Shown: piece by piece, positions 1-10,150 of the stretch
Layout: every line of letters starts with the position of its first letter
How positions within the stretch are numbered: position 1 is the first letter of the stretch
NCBI GenBank assembly: GCA_001819145.1
Contig: MHLV01000016.1
Location: 6,313 to 41,979 of the forward strand
Length of the DNA: 35,667 bases
Direction of reading: 5' to 3'
Origin: Candidatus Nealsonbacteria bacterium RBG_13_36_15
GTDB lineage: Bacteria; Patescibacteriota; Minisyncoccia; Minisyncoccales; RBG-13-36-15
The notes under the pieces: model-generated
Database searches by the model: none
What the model was told of the DNA's origin: nothing
What the model saw: the letters and a program-made list of their open reading frames with translations, nothing else
Program-made: the position numbers and the translations under genes

Positions 1-2
1 CA

Positions 3-830
3 ATTTTATTCCCCTTATTGTGGAAAGAGATAAATATTTTACAGGCTGAACTATATTTTTCCAGGGTTCAGACTGAGCAACTTAAAGAAAAGCCAGACCC
101 CAATATGATATTAGGATCTTTGATTAAGGCTAGGAACATTATGCCGGATAATGATAGCTATCGGAGAGCTTTATCTGCGACTGCCCTTAATTTTGCTATT
201 TTAGCAGAACAACAAAAAACACTAACAGACGAATCAAAACAGCAGCTTTTACAAACTGCCGTGGTAGAAGGAGAGATGGCCGTTCGTTTAGCTCCCCATA
301 ATATTTTCAACTGGGAAAATCTCCAGAGAGTTTATAGCACAGTGACCCTTGAAAACCAAGATGATTTACTAATGAACAATGTTTTTCTCCAAGAGATTTC
401 GCTTGATCCTACCAACCCGGGGCACAGAAATGATCTTGGTTTAGCTTATATTAATTTAAGAAACGACACCGAGTTAGCTAAGATAAACTTTCAGAACGCT
501 ATTTCTTTAAAGCCAGATTTTGTTGACGCTCATTATAGCTTAGCCATAATTTATCGGCAAGAAGGGAAAAAAGAAAAGGCCGTGCAGGCGTATGATCAGA
601 CGCTTAGTTTTCTTACTAGCCAAATTTCGTTTTTAGAACCAGTTGTTTCATCAAGAGCAGACCTTCAAAGTAATTTGGACCAACTTAAACAGCTTGAAGC
701 TCAAATAGAATCAGAAAGAGGCGCTCTTTTGCTTGAAATCGAGGAAGAACAACAGCCGGAAATATCGCCCGAAGAGGCAGAGATAAAAAAGACGGAGGAA
801 GAGACAACTCCAATAGAAACAGGGGAATGA
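3..830 (+). CDS. TPR-repeat protein, 5'-truncated by the window edge (possibly the C-terminal TPR region of a membrane protein)
   Basis: Frame is open from position 3 (ILFPLLW...), so the TTG at 18 is probably not the true start. TPR-like motifs RNDLGLAY...FQNAISLKPDFVDAHYSLAIIY...A...YDQTL, then a coiled, acidic tail. Confidence 0.7.
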   Translation: MLFPLLWKEINILQAELYFSRVQTEQLKEKPDPNMILGSLIKARNIMPDNDSYRRALSATALNFAILAEQQKTLTDESKQQLLQTAVVEGEMAVRLAPHNIFNWENLQRVYSTVTLENQDDLLMNNVFLQEISLDPTNPGHRNDLGLAYINLRNDTELAKINFQNAISLKPDFVDAHYSLAIIYRQEGKKEKAVQAYDQTLSFLTSQISFLEPVVSSRADLQSNLDQLKQLEAQIESERGALLLEIEEEQQPEISPEEAEIKKTEEETTPIETGE

Positions 831-849
831 AGCATGAGAGGACGTAGGA

Positions 850-878
850 TTGACAAAATTTTAAAAATTAAGTAAGAT
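850..878 (+). promoter_or_regulatory. sigma70-type promoter upstream of rpoB
   Basis: TTGACA (850-855), 17-nt spacer, TAAGAT (873-878). Confidence 0.75.
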
Positions 879-980
879 AGAGAATGGGTTGCCTTTATCA
901 AGAAGGTATTTTTATATATTTTAATTAAAGCCTTCCCAATTGATTTTTATAAAAAACTAAAATTTTAGAAAAATCTCCTA

Positions 981-1011
981 CCCTAAAAAGATTCAATTTA
1001 GGGATTTTTTT
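981..1011 (+). terminator. Terminator-like hairpin in the rpoB leader
   Basis: CCCTAAA (981-987) pairs with TTTAGGG (997-1003), followed by ATTTTTTT. Confidence 0.4.
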
Positions 1012-1034
1012 GTATTTTAATAAATACTTAAACT

Positions 1035-4000
1035 ATGGAAAAAGTCAGAACAAAAAACTTTGGAAAATCAAAAGTTCGGCTTCCTTTAGATTATTTATTG
1101 AAACAACAGCAAGAAAGCTGGAAAAATTTTTACCAGAAAGATTTAAAAGAGCTTTTTGCTGAAACGTCTCCAATCCGAGATTATACCGGTAAGGAATTAG
1201 AATTTTGGTTTTTAGATTATAAATTAGACAAACCAAACTATGAGTCGGATTTAGAAGCGAAGAAAAACAATGATTCCTATTCAGCCTCTCTAAGAGTAAA
1301 AGTTAGGTTGGTTAATTTAAAAACAAAAGAAATTAAAGAACAAGAAATATTTTTAGCTGATTTTCCTCTAATGACAGAACGTGGCACTTTTATTGTTAAT
1401 GGAGTTGAGAGAGTGGTTATTTCACAGCTTATTCGTTCGCCTGGATCCTTTTTTACAATGCAGACTATTGGAGGGAAAAATTACTTTGGAGCAAAAATTA
1501 TTCCAAACAGAGGGGCTTGGCTGGAATTTGAAACAGAAAGCACGGGTTTAATCGGGGTCAAGGTTGATCGAAGGAGAAAGGTGCCAGCCACCATGCTATT
1601 GAGAGTCTTAGGAATAGATAAGGATAGCCAAATAAAAGAGCTTTTCCAAGATGTTGATAATAATCCCGATATTAAACATATTGAAGAAACCTTGAAACAT
1701 GACCAAACTCACAATCAGGCCGAAGCTTTAGTTGAAATTTATAGAAGATTAAGGCCGGGCGATTTAACTACGCCCGACACTGCCCGCGAAATGATTGAGA
1801 ATATGTTCTTTAACTTTGAAAGGTATGACTTGTCTAAGGTGGGCAGGTGGAGAATGTGGCAGAGGCTGCCAGAATTAAAAAAACATAAATTAAACATTAA
1901 AAATCGGAAAGAAAAAAAATCTTTAATTTTAAATCCAGAAGAAGAAATTATTCTTTCAGATAGGGTTTTGAAGCCAGAAGATATTTTGGCCGTTTTGAGA
2001 GAAATTATTCGTTTAAATAATAACCCAGAAGGGAAACCAGATCAGATTGACCATTTAGGTACGAGGAGAGTAAGAGTTTTCTCAGAACTTTTACAGAACA
2101 GATTAAGGGTGGGATTGATGAGGCTGGAAAGAATAATAAAAGACCGGATGTCAACTTTAGATGTTTATACTTTAACCCCGGCTCAACTTATTAACCCAAG
2201 GCCATTTATGGCAGTCGTGAAAGAATTCTTTACTTCAAGCCAAATTGCCCAGTTTATGGATAATGAAAACCCTTTAGCTGAATTAGAACACAAAAGAAGA
2301 CTGTCAGCTACGGGTCCCGGTGGCTTAACCAGAGAACGGGCTGGCTTTGAAGTAAGAGATGTACAGCCCTCTCACTATGGCAGAATTTGCCCTATCCAGA
2401 CTCCAGAAGGACCAAATATTGGTTTAGTTGGACACTTAGCTGCTTTCGCCAGAATTAATCCCTATGGTTTTTTAGAAACTCCCTATTTTAAAGTTAAAAA
2501 TGGCAAAGTTACTTCAGAGGTTTATTATCTTAATGCCTACGAAGAGGAAAAATACAATATAGCTAGTGCCAGCATTCTTCTTGATAAAGAAGGCAACATT
2601 ATACCCGACAACGTGGAAGCAAGGATAAAGGGAGAGCCAGGAAAAATAGAAAAAGAAAAAATTGACTTTGTTGATGTTTCTTCTGAACAATCTATCTCAA
2701 TTGCCACTTCTTGCATTCCCTTTTTACAAAATGATGACGCAAACCGCGCCCTTATGGGTTCAAACATGCAGAGGCAGTCCGTGCCTTTAATAAAGCCTGA
2801 AATTCCCTTAGTATCTACGGGAGTAGAAAGAAATGTAGCTATAGATTCAGGGCAAGAGGCGATAGCCTTAGAAGACGGTATAGTCCAAAAGGCGGATGCC
2901 AATCAAATAGTATTAAAGACCAAAGGCAAAAAACCTGGGATTCAGAAATATGAATTAAGAACTTTTCTTAGAACTAATCAATATACTTGTTTTCACCAAA
3001 AACCAGTAGTTAAAAAAGGAGACAAGGTTAAAAAGGGAGATATTTTGGCTGATGGCGGAGCAATTTCCCAGGGATTTTTAGCTTTAGGACAAAATGTTTT
3101 GGTGGCCTTTGTGCCTTGGCGAGGAAATAATTTTGAAGACGCAATTGCCATTTCTAAAAGATTAGTAAAAGATGATATTTTTACTTCCATTCATATAGAA
3201 GATTTTATTTGCGATGTTCGTGAAACAAAATTGGGTCCAGAAATTACTACAGCTGACATCCCTAACGTTGGAGAAGAAAGACTAAAAGACTTAGACGAAG
3301 AAGGAGTAGTTAGGGTTGGGGCTGAAGTCGGTCCAAATGATATTTTGGTGGGCAAAATTTCTCCTAAAGGAGAAGCCGATTTAACCTCCGAAGAAAGATT
3401 GCTTAGAGTGATTTTTGGGGAAAAAGCCAGAGAAGTAAAAGATACTTCTTTAAGAATGGAGCACGGAAAAAGGGGAAGAGTGGTTGGAGTTAAAGTTTGG
3501 GAGAGAGATAAGGGGGTCAAGTTAGAGCCCGGAGTAATCAAAAGAATTCGGGTAGAGATAGCTGAAATAAGAAAGATCCAAGCTGGCGATAAATTAACTG
3601 GTCGTCACGGCAACAAAGGAGTAGTTTCTATAGTTTTACCTGAAGAAGAGATGCCCTTTTTAGCGGATGGAACTCCGGTAGATATTATTTTGAACCCCTT
3701 GAGCGTTTCTTCAAGGATGAATCTTGGACAGATTTTAGAAACTCATCTTGGCTGGGCAGCCAAGAAACTTGGTTATATTGCCTTATCTCCAGCTCTGGCT
3801 GGGGCAACCGAAGAAGATATTAAAGAAGAGCTAAGAATGGCCGGACTTCCAGAAGACGGAAAAGTAATTTTATTTGACGGAGTGACTGGTGAACCATTTG
3901 AAGATAAGATTACGGTTGGACAAATTTACATGATGAAGTTAATTCATATGGTGGCTGATAAGATTCATATGCGTTCTATCGGCCCCTATTCTTTAATAAC

Positions 4001-4304
4001 TCAACAGCCCTTAGGGGGGAAAGCTCAATTTGGCGGCCAACGCTTTGGCGAGATGGAAGTTTGGGCCTTAGAGGGATACGGAGCAGCTAATATTCTTCAA
4101 GAAGTTTTAACTATTAAATCTGATGATGTGGCAGGCAGGACAGCGACTTACGAATCAATTTTAAAGGGCGAGAAGATAAAAAGTCCAAATGTTCCTGCTT
4201 CTTTTAATCTTTTGGTTAACGAGATGAAGTCTTTAGGATTAAATATTGAAGTAAAAGAAAAACCTAAAGATCCTAAAGATAAAGAACAAAAAAGCAATTT
4301 ATGA
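1035..4304 (+). CDS. rpoB: DNA-directed RNA polymerase beta subunit
   Basis: Motifs GTFIVNGVERVVISQL, HYGRICPIQTPEGPNIGL, GDKLTGRHGNKG, GGQRFGEMEVWALE. Confidence 0.99.
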   Translation: MEKVRTKNFGKSKVRLPLDYLLKQQQESWKNFYQKDLKELFAETSPIRDYTGKELEFWFLDYKLDKPNYESDLEAKKNNDSYSASLRVKVRLVNLKTKEIKEQEIFLADFPLMTERGTFIVNGVERVVISQLIRSPGSFFTMQTIGGKNYFGAKIIPNRGAWLEFETESTGLIGVKVDRRRKVPATMLLRVLGIDKDSQIKELFQDVDNNPDIKHIEETLKHDQTHNQAEALVEIYRRLRPGDLTTPDTAREMIENMFFNFERYDLSKVGRWRMWQRLPELKKHKLNIKNRKEKKSLILNPEEEIILSDRVLKPEDILAVLREIIRLNNNPEGKPDQIDHLGTRRVRVFSELLQNRLRVGLMRLERIIKDRMSTLDVYTLTPAQLINPRPFMAVVKEFFTSSQIAQFMDNENPLAELEHKRRLSATGPGGLTRERAGFEVRDVQPSHYGRICPIQTPEGPNIGLVGHLAAFARINPYGFLETPYFKVKNGKVTSEVYYLNAYEEEKYNIASASILLDKEGNIIPDNVEARIKGEPGKIEKEKIDFVDVSSEQSISIATSCIPFLQNDDANRALMGSNMQRQSVPLIKPEIPLVSTGVERNVAIDSGQEAIALEDGIVQKADANQIVLKTKGKKPGIQKYELRTFLRTNQYTCFHQKPVVKKGDKVKKGDILADGGAISQGFLALGQNVLVAFVPWRGNNFEDAIAISKRLVKDDIFTSIHIEDFICDVRETKLGPEITTADIPNVGEERLKDLDEEGVVRVGAEVGPNDILVGKISPKGEADLTSEERLLRVIFGEKAREVKDTSLRMEHGKRGRVVGVKVWERDKGVKLEPGVIKRIRVEIAEIRKIQAGDKLTGRHGNKGVVSIVLPEEEMPFLADGTPVDIILNPLSVSSRMNLGQILETHLGWAAKKLGYIALSPALAGATEEDIKEELRMAGLPEDGKVILFDGVTGEPFEDKITVGQIYMMKLIHMVADKIHMRSIGPYSLITQQPLGGKAQFGGQRFGEMEVWALEGYGAANILQEVLTIKSDDVAGRTATYESILKGEKIKSPNVPASFNLLVNEMKSLGLNIEVKEKPKDPKDKEQKSNL

Positions 4305-7300
4305 GAGTAGCTGACATTGAATCAATTACAATAAAAATAGCCTCACCCGAGGCAATTCTTTCTTGGTCTCACGGAGAAGTGACAAAACCCGAGACCATTA
4401 ATTACAGGACCCAAAGATCGGAAAAAGATGGTCTTTTTTGCGAGAAGATTTTCGGGCCTACCAAAGATTACGAATGTTATTGCGGGAAATATCGAAGAAT
4501 CCGTTACAAGGGGGTTATTTGCGATAAGTGCGGAGTGGAAGTTACAAAATCTCAGGTTAGAAGAGAAAGAATGGGCCACATTAAATTAACCTCGCCAGTT
4601 TCTCATATTTGGTTTTTGAGGGGCGTACCCTCAAGAATTGGGATGGTTTTAGATATTCCTCTCCAACAGGCAGAAAAAGTTATTTATTTTGTAACCTATA
4701 TTGTTACCAAAGTTTCAGAAACAGCTCAAAAGAAAGCTTTAGAAGAGATAGAAAAAGAATATAAAAGGAAGGTTAAAGAAGTAGGGCTTAAAGAAAAGAG
4801 AAAAAAGACAGCCAAATTACTTGAGTTAAAGAAAATGAGAGATGTGGCCAGAGAAGAGGTTCAGAGTATCAAGCCCCTAAAAATTATATCTGAAACTGAA
4901 TATCACCATCTTTCTTTGAAATACGGAGAAGTTTTTGAGGCGGGGACAGGAGCTGAAACTCTAAGAAAAATTTTTGAAGCAATAGACTTAAAGCAAGAGA
5001 TTAAAAAACTGCAAAAAGAAATAGAAAACACTTCGCCAGTTAATCGAAGGAAAGTCCTCAGAAGATTAAAACTTTTCCAGGGGATGCAAGGGGCTGGCAT
5101 TAGACCGGAATGGATGTTTTTGACCGTACTGCCGGTTTTGCCACCGGATTTGCGGCCAATGGTTCAGCTTGACGGGGGAAGATACGCTTCTTCTGATCTT
5201 AACGATCTCTATCGGAGAGTTATTAATAGAGACAACAGATTGAAATATTTACTTGAAGTTTCTGCGCCGGAAGTTATTGTTCGAAATGAAAAAAGAATGT
5301 TACAAGAAGCAGTAGATGCTTTAATTGACAATACTATGAGAAAGGGGACAACCACCCAAGCTACGACCGGGGGAAGAAGGCTTTTGAAATCTTTGGCCGA
5401 TATGTTGAAGGGAAAACAAGGAAGATTCAGGCAGAATCTGTTAGGCAAAAGAGTTGACTATTCAGGAAGGTCGGTTATTGTTGTCGGGCCGAAACTTAAG
5501 CTTTATCAAGTGGGAATACCAAAAAAAATGGCTTTGGAATTATTTAAACCCTTTGTCATCCATAAAATTTTAGAGAGAGAACTGGCCTACAACATCCGAG
5601 GAGCCTCTCGATTGATTGAGCAAGAAATTGATGAAGTTTGGGCGATGTTAGAGGAGGTGGTCAAAAATAAATTAGTTTTACTTAATCGGGCTCCCACCCT
5701 GCACAGATTAGGGATTCAAGCTTTCCAGCCAATATTAATTGAAGGAGAAGCCATTAGGGTTCATCCTTTAGTTTGTAAGGCTTTCAATGCCGATTTCGAC
5801 GGCGACCAAATGGCAGTTCACATTCCGCTTTCTGAAGAAGCTCAGAGAGAAGCCCGGGAAGTAGTTTTTTCTACTGTTAATTTATTAAAATCAGCTACTG
5901 GCACTCCGGTTATCACTCCAACCCAAGATATTATTCTTGGCTGTTTTTGGATTACAAAAATAAAGGAGGGAGCTTTAGGTGAGGGAAAGATATTCGGTTC
6001 TCAAAACGAGGCCATTTTAGCTTATGATACAAAAGTTGTAGATTTAAGAGCGAAAATAAAGGTAAGGTTAGAGAAAGGATTTATAGAAACTTCGGTGGGA
6101 CGAATTCTTTTTAATAGAACCCTGCCGCCGGAAATGTCATTTGTTAACGAAGAAGTAAACGGAAAAAAGTTAGATAAGATAATAGGTTTAATGATTGAAA
6201 AAATAGGACTGCATGACTCCCCGCCATATTTAGACAAGATTAAAGACTTAGGTTTTGAGTTTTCTACTAAGGCTGGCATTTCCTGGGGAATGGATGATTT
6301 AATAGTGCCCAAAGAGAAAGGTCAAATAATTTCTGAGGCCGAAAAGAATATAGAAAAAATTGATAAACACTATAGGAAAGGACTGCTATCTACAGAAGAG
6401 AAATCATTTCAAGTAATTGAGACTTGGCAAAAAGCAAAATTAGAAATTGAAAAATTAGTGCCTAAAACCTTACCACCCCTAGGCCCGATTTCATTAATTA
6501 TTAACTCAGGGGCTAAGGGAAGTTGGGCTCAGCCGATTCAGATGACCGGAATGAAAGGATTGGTTATTAATCCGGCAGGCAAAATTCTTGAGTTGCCCGT
6601 TAAAAGTTCCTATAAAGAAGGATTTGATATTCTGGAGTATTTTATCTCAACTCATGGAGCCAGGAAAGGAACAGCCGATACTGCTTTGAGAACTGCTACA
6701 GCAGGTTACTTAACCCGTCGTCTTGTTGATGTTGCCCACGAAGCGATTATTAATGAAGAAGATTGCCGAGATGATAAAGGGATTATTATCTTTAGACAAG
6801 ATGCAGTTGATCTTGGTCAAAATTTTCTTTTCAAAATTTTAGGAAGAGTAACTCTTGAGGACATAAAAATAAAGAATAAAAAATTCAAAATCAAAAAAGG
6901 AGAAATTATTGATTGGCAAAAAGCCAACCTTATTAAAGATTCTGGCGTTGAGTCAGTAAGAGTTCGTTCTCCCTTGAGTTGTAAATCCTTAAGAGGGATC
7001 TGCAGGTTATGTTATGGCTGGGATTTGGCTCTAAATCAATTAGTTAAAACAGGGGAAGCAGTAGGCATTATTGCTGCTCAAGCAATCGGAGAGCCAGGCA
7101 CTCAATTAACAATGAGAACTTTTCATTTAGGTGGAGTAGTTGGCGAAGGAGATATTACTTTGGGTTTGCCGAGAGTTGAAGAAGTTTTTGAAGCCCGTCC
7201 CCCCTTAAGGAAAGCGGTTATTTCGGGAGCAGAAGGAAGGGTAATAGAGGTTACTCCGGGAAGGGTTGTTAAAATAAGGGAAAACAGCAAAAAACAAACA

Positions 7301-7876
7301 AAAAACGGACAGAGAAAAAAAGAAATCAAAATAACCGAATATGAAATTCCCATGCCCAACCCTATTTTAGTTAGTCCAGGAGATGAGATTAAGCTTGGTC
7401 ATCGGCTTTCTGATGGCAGTATTGACCTAAAAGAGCTTTTTAAATCAACCGGTCAAGAAGAGGCCCAGAGATATATTGTTAAGGAAATTCAAAAAATTTA
7501 TGTTTCTCAAGGAGCAATTATCCATGATAAACACATTGAAATAATAGTTAGGCAGATGTTTTCTCGGGTTAGAATTAAAGAAGAGGGAGATACCCATTTT
7601 ACTTCGGGAGAAGTTGTTGAAAAAGGATGTCTACTTGAAGAAAATTCGAGATTAAAAAAAGAGAAGAAAAAAATAGCCACCTTTCAACTTCTTCTTTTGG
7701 GTATCTCAAAAGTTGCCTTAACTACAGATTCTTTTTTATCGGCGGCCTCATTTCAAGAGACTTCTCGAGTCTTAATCCAAGCGGCACTGGAGGGTAAAAA
7801 AGACGGGTTAAAAGGCCTTAAAGAAAATGTAATTATTGGAAAGCTCATTCCAGCCGGCTCCGGTTTTAGAAAATAA
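4301..7876 (+). CDS. rpoC: DNA-directed RNA polymerase beta' subunit
   Basis: N-terminal Zn ribbon (CYCGK...CDKC), catalytic NADFDGD, AQAIGEPGTQLTMRTFH. ATGA overlap with the rpoB stop. Confidence 0.99.
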   Translation: MRVADIESITIKIASPEAILSWSHGEVTKPETINYRTQRSEKDGLFCEKIFGPTKDYECYCGKYRRIRYKGVICDKCGVEVTKSQVRRERMGHIKLTSPVSHIWFLRGVPSRIGMVLDIPLQQAEKVIYFVTYIVTKVSETAQKKALEEIEKEYKRKVKEVGLKEKRKKTAKLLELKKMRDVAREEVQSIKPLKIISETEYHHLSLKYGEVFEAGTGAETLRKIFEAIDLKQEIKKLQKEIENTSPVNRRKVLRRLKLFQGMQGAGIRPEWMFLTVLPVLPPDLRPMVQLDGGRYASSDLNDLYRRVINRDNRLKYLLEVSAPEVIVRNEKRMLQEAVDALIDNTMRKGTTTQATTGGRRLLKSLADMLKGKQGRFRQNLLGKRVDYSGRSVIVVGPKLKLYQVGIPKKMALELFKPFVIHKILERELAYNIRGASRLIEQEIDEVWAMLEEVVKNKLVLLNRAPTLHRLGIQAFQPILIEGEAIRVHPLVCKAFNADFDGDQMAVHIPLSEEAQREAREVVFSTVNLLKSATGTPVITPTQDIILGCFWITKIKEGALGEGKIFGSQNEAILAYDTKVVDLRAKIKVRLEKGFIETSVGRILFNRTLPPEMSFVNEEVNGKKLDKIIGLMIEKIGLHDSPPYLDKIKDLGFEFSTKAGISWGMDDLIVPKEKGQIISEAEKNIEKIDKHYRKGLLSTEEKSFQVIETWQKAKLEIEKLVPKTLPPLGPISLIINSGAKGSWAQPIQMTGMKGLVINPAGKILELPVKSSYKEGFDILEYFISTHGARKGTADTALRTATAGYLTRRLVDVAHEAIINEEDCRDDKGIIIFRQDAVDLGQNFLFKILGRVTLEDIKIKNKKFKIKKGEIIDWQKANLIKDSGVESVRVRSPLSCKSLRGICRLCYGWDLALNQLVKTGEAVGIIAAQAIGEPGTQLTMRTFHLGGVVGEGDITLGLPRVEEVFEARPPLRKAVISGAEGRVIEVTPGRVVKIRENSKKQTKNGQRKKEIKITEYEIPMPNPILVSPGDEIKLGHRLSDGSIDLKELFKSTGQEEAQRYIVKEIQKIYVSQGAIIHDKHIEIIVRQMFSRVRIKEEGDTHFTSGEVVEKGCLLEENSRLKKEKKKIATFQLLLLGISKVALTTDSFLSAASFQETSRVLIQAALEGKKDGLKGLKENVIIGKLIPAGSGFRK

Positions 7877-7883
7877 CGGAAAA

Positions 7884-7892
7884 TGATATAAT
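7884..7892 (+). promoter_or_regulatory. Extended -10 promoter (TGnTATAAT) for ftsK, leaderless layout
   Basis: TGATATAAT ends 6 nt before the GTG at 7899. Confidence 0.6.
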
Positions 7893-7898
7893 AGAAGA

Positions 7899-10088
7899 GT
7901 GAAAAAGAAGAAAAACAAAAATAAATTTAAAAAAAATCAAGAAAAAAGAAAGAACAATAATTCACCAATCCTATCCGAAAAGATTAAACCTCAAGTTGCC
8001 GGAATTTTAATGATTTTGGTGGGAATAATTTCTTTCTTAAGTTTTTTTGACAAGTCTGGAATAGCTGGTAGAATCTTTTTAGATGGATTTAGGTTTTTAA
8101 TTGGCAAAAGCATTTTTTTGCTCCCACCCCTTTTTTTGTTGGGTGGGATTTCTTTTTTAAAAAAGGGGCGGCAAAAGATTTATCTCCCGATATTATTAGG
8201 AATTTTTCTTTTAACATTAGGAGTTTCAGGAATAATATCAACATTTCAATTACTCCAAATAAAAGATACAGTTGGAGGAATAAACCAAGACCAGTTGGTA
8301 ATTGAAAAAGAAGGAGGAATAATAGGCTACTTAATAACCTTGCCATTAGAGAAATTTTTTGGGATTGAGGTTACTTTAATTATAAACTTAGCCGTAATCG
8401 TCATTGGCGGGTTAATATTGATTCAATTTTTGCTGCCAGAGAAAGAGAAGATAACAACCGAAAAAGAACCTTCTAATTCGTTAATTAGAAAGATTTTTGC
8501 TCCTAAATTTAAAATAAAAGAAGTTTCACCCCAGAACGAAGTTTCGGCTTCTTTCCCGGAAGAAAAAAGGAAAGGTCCAGAAATTTTTACTCAACCCCAA
8601 ATTTCAGGAATTCCTCTTGCCAAAGATCTGAAGATTAAGACGATTGAAAAAAATAATAAAATAGCCTACCAAAAACCCCCATTAGACCTGTTGGAGCCTG
8701 ATCGGGGAAAACCCAACTCCGGAGACATTAAGGCCAATTCAGTAATCATTAAAAGAACCCTCCAGAATTTTGGCATTTTAGTTGAAATGTCTGAAATAAA
8801 CATTGGTCCGACCGTAACTCAATATACTTTAAAGCCAGCTGAAGGAATAAAACTTTCTCGGATTACAGCTTTGAACAATGACCTATCTTTAGCTTTGGCC
8901 GCTCACCCAATTAGGATAGAAGCTCCTATTCCTGGCCGGCCTTTAGTGGGGATTGAAGTGCCCAATAAAATAAGAGCCGAAGTTAGATTAAGGAACTTAA
9001 TTTCTCATCAAGTTTTTCAGAACTCTCCCGCTGATCTTCTTTTAGCTTTAGGTAGAGACGTTGCCGGTAGCCATGTCTTTGCTGATTTAGCTCGAATGCC
9101 CCACTTATTAGTTGCTGGCGCAACAGGCGCTGGTAAAACAATTTGTCTCAATAATTTAATCTTGAGTCTTTTATACCGTAACCCGCCAGAAATTTTAAAG
9201 TTTATTTTAGTTGATCCAAAAAGAGTAGAATTCCCTGTTTATAATCAACTCCCTCATCTTTTAACCCCGGTGATTTTTAACGTTAGCCAAACTGTCAATG
9301 CTTTAAAATGGTTAATTGGTGAAATGGAGAGAAGGTTTGATGTCTTATCTGAAGCCAAAGCTAGAGATATTGCAGCTTTTAATGAAACGAGAGAAGAAAA
9401 AGATCAAACCATGCCTTATATTGTTTTAATTATCGACGAGTTGGCAGACTTGATGGCAGCTCGTAGCAGAGAAATTGAAGCTGGTATCGTTAGAATAGCT
9501 CAGATGGCCAGAGCGGTTGGCATTCACTTGGTAGTAGCTACCCAAAGGCCCTCGGTTGAGGTAATTACCGGATTAATTAAAGCAAACATAACTTCAAGAA
9601 TTACTTTTCAAGTGGCTTCTCAAGTTGACTCAAGAACGGTTTTAGATATGGCCGGGGCCGAAAAATTATTAGGATCAGGCGATATGCTTTATATTTCTTC
9701 TGATATTTCAAAACCAAAAAGAATCCAAGCAGCTTATACTTCAGAAAAAGAGGTAAGAAGGGTCGTTAATTGGATTAAAAAAATAGAGAAACCAACAGAA
9801 CAAACAACAGAGGATTTAAGCGAGAGTTTAGAAAAGACTTTAACTTTAACCGAAGAAACCACAGAGAGTTTTTTTGAGGGAGGAGATGATCCTTTATTTG
9901 AAGAAGCGAAAAAGGTGGTTATTGAATCAAAAAAAGCTTCGGCCTCCCTTCTTCAGCGAAGATTAAGAGTCGGGTATGCCAGGGCAGCTAGATTAATTGA
10001 TATGTTAGAAGAGAAAGGAATTGTTGGCCCAGGAGAAGGAGCTAAGCCTCGTGAGGTTTATTTTGGAACCGAAGGGGGAAAGGAATAA
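7899..10088 (+). CDS. ftsK: DNA translocase FtsK/SpoIIIE
   Basis: N-terminal TM segments, PHLLVAGATGAGKT Walker A, IIDELADLM Walker B, ARAVGIHLVVATQRPS, C-terminal gamma domain ASASLLQRRLRVGYARAARLID. Confidence 0.97.
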   Translation: MKKKKNKNKFKKNQEKRKNNNSPILSEKIKPQVAGILMILVGIISFLSFFDKSGIAGRIFLDGFRFLIGKSIFLLPPLFLLGGISFLKKGRQKIYLPILLGIFLLTLGVSGIISTFQLLQIKDTVGGINQDQLVIEKEGGIIGYLITLPLEKFFGIEVTLIINLAVIVIGGLILIQFLLPEKEKITTEKEPSNSLIRKIFAPKFKIKEVSPQNEVSASFPEEKRKGPEIFTQPQISGIPLAKDLKIKTIEKNNKIAYQKPPLDLLEPDRGKPNSGDIKANSVIIKRTLQNFGILVEMSEINIGPTVTQYTLKPAEGIKLSRITALNNDLSLALAAHPIRIEAPIPGRPLVGIEVPNKIRAEVRLRNLISHQVFQNSPADLLLALGRDVAGSHVFADLARMPHLLVAGATGAGKTICLNNLILSLLYRNPPEILKFILVDPKRVEFPVYNQLPHLLTPVIFNVSQTVNALKWLIGEMERRFDVLSEAKARDIAAFNETREEKDQTMPYIVLIIDELADLMAARSREIEAGIVRIAQMARAVGIHLVVATQRPSVEVITGLIKANITSRITFQVASQVDSRTVLDMAGAEKLLGSGDMLYISSDISKPKRIQAAYTSEKEVRRVVNWIKKIEKPTEQTTEDLSESLEKTLTLTEETTESFFEGGDDPLFEEAKKVVIESKKASASLLQRRLRVGYARAARLIDMLEEKGIVGPGEGAKPREVYFGTEGGKE

Positions 10089-10108
10089 TTTTAACTAAAA
10101 TTATATAT

Positions 10109-10149
10109 TTGACAGCCTTCATTAAAAATATTATCTTAAAATAAGATAA
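10109..10149 (+). promoter_or_regulatory. recA promoter with overlapping 8-bp inverted repeat
   Basis: TTGACA (10109-10114), 17 nt, TATCTT (10132-10137). TTATCTTA-aaa-TAAGATAA palindrome at 10131-10149. Confidence 0.6.
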
Positions 10150-10150
10150 A

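Noticed and set aside
1881..1936. Possible heptamer palindrome in rpoB (ATTAAACATTAAAAAT / ATCTTTAATTTTAAAT) encoding a Lys-rich loop
   Set aside because: It resembles the repeat class but is almost all A/T with 3 mismatches in 16, so it cannot be told from Lys/Ile codon bias by eye.
6861..7325. A-rich, roughly 7-periodic runs in rpoC (IKIKNKKFKIKK; ENSKKQTKNGQRKK)
   Set aside because: No opposing arm, and poly-Lys coding explains them adequately.
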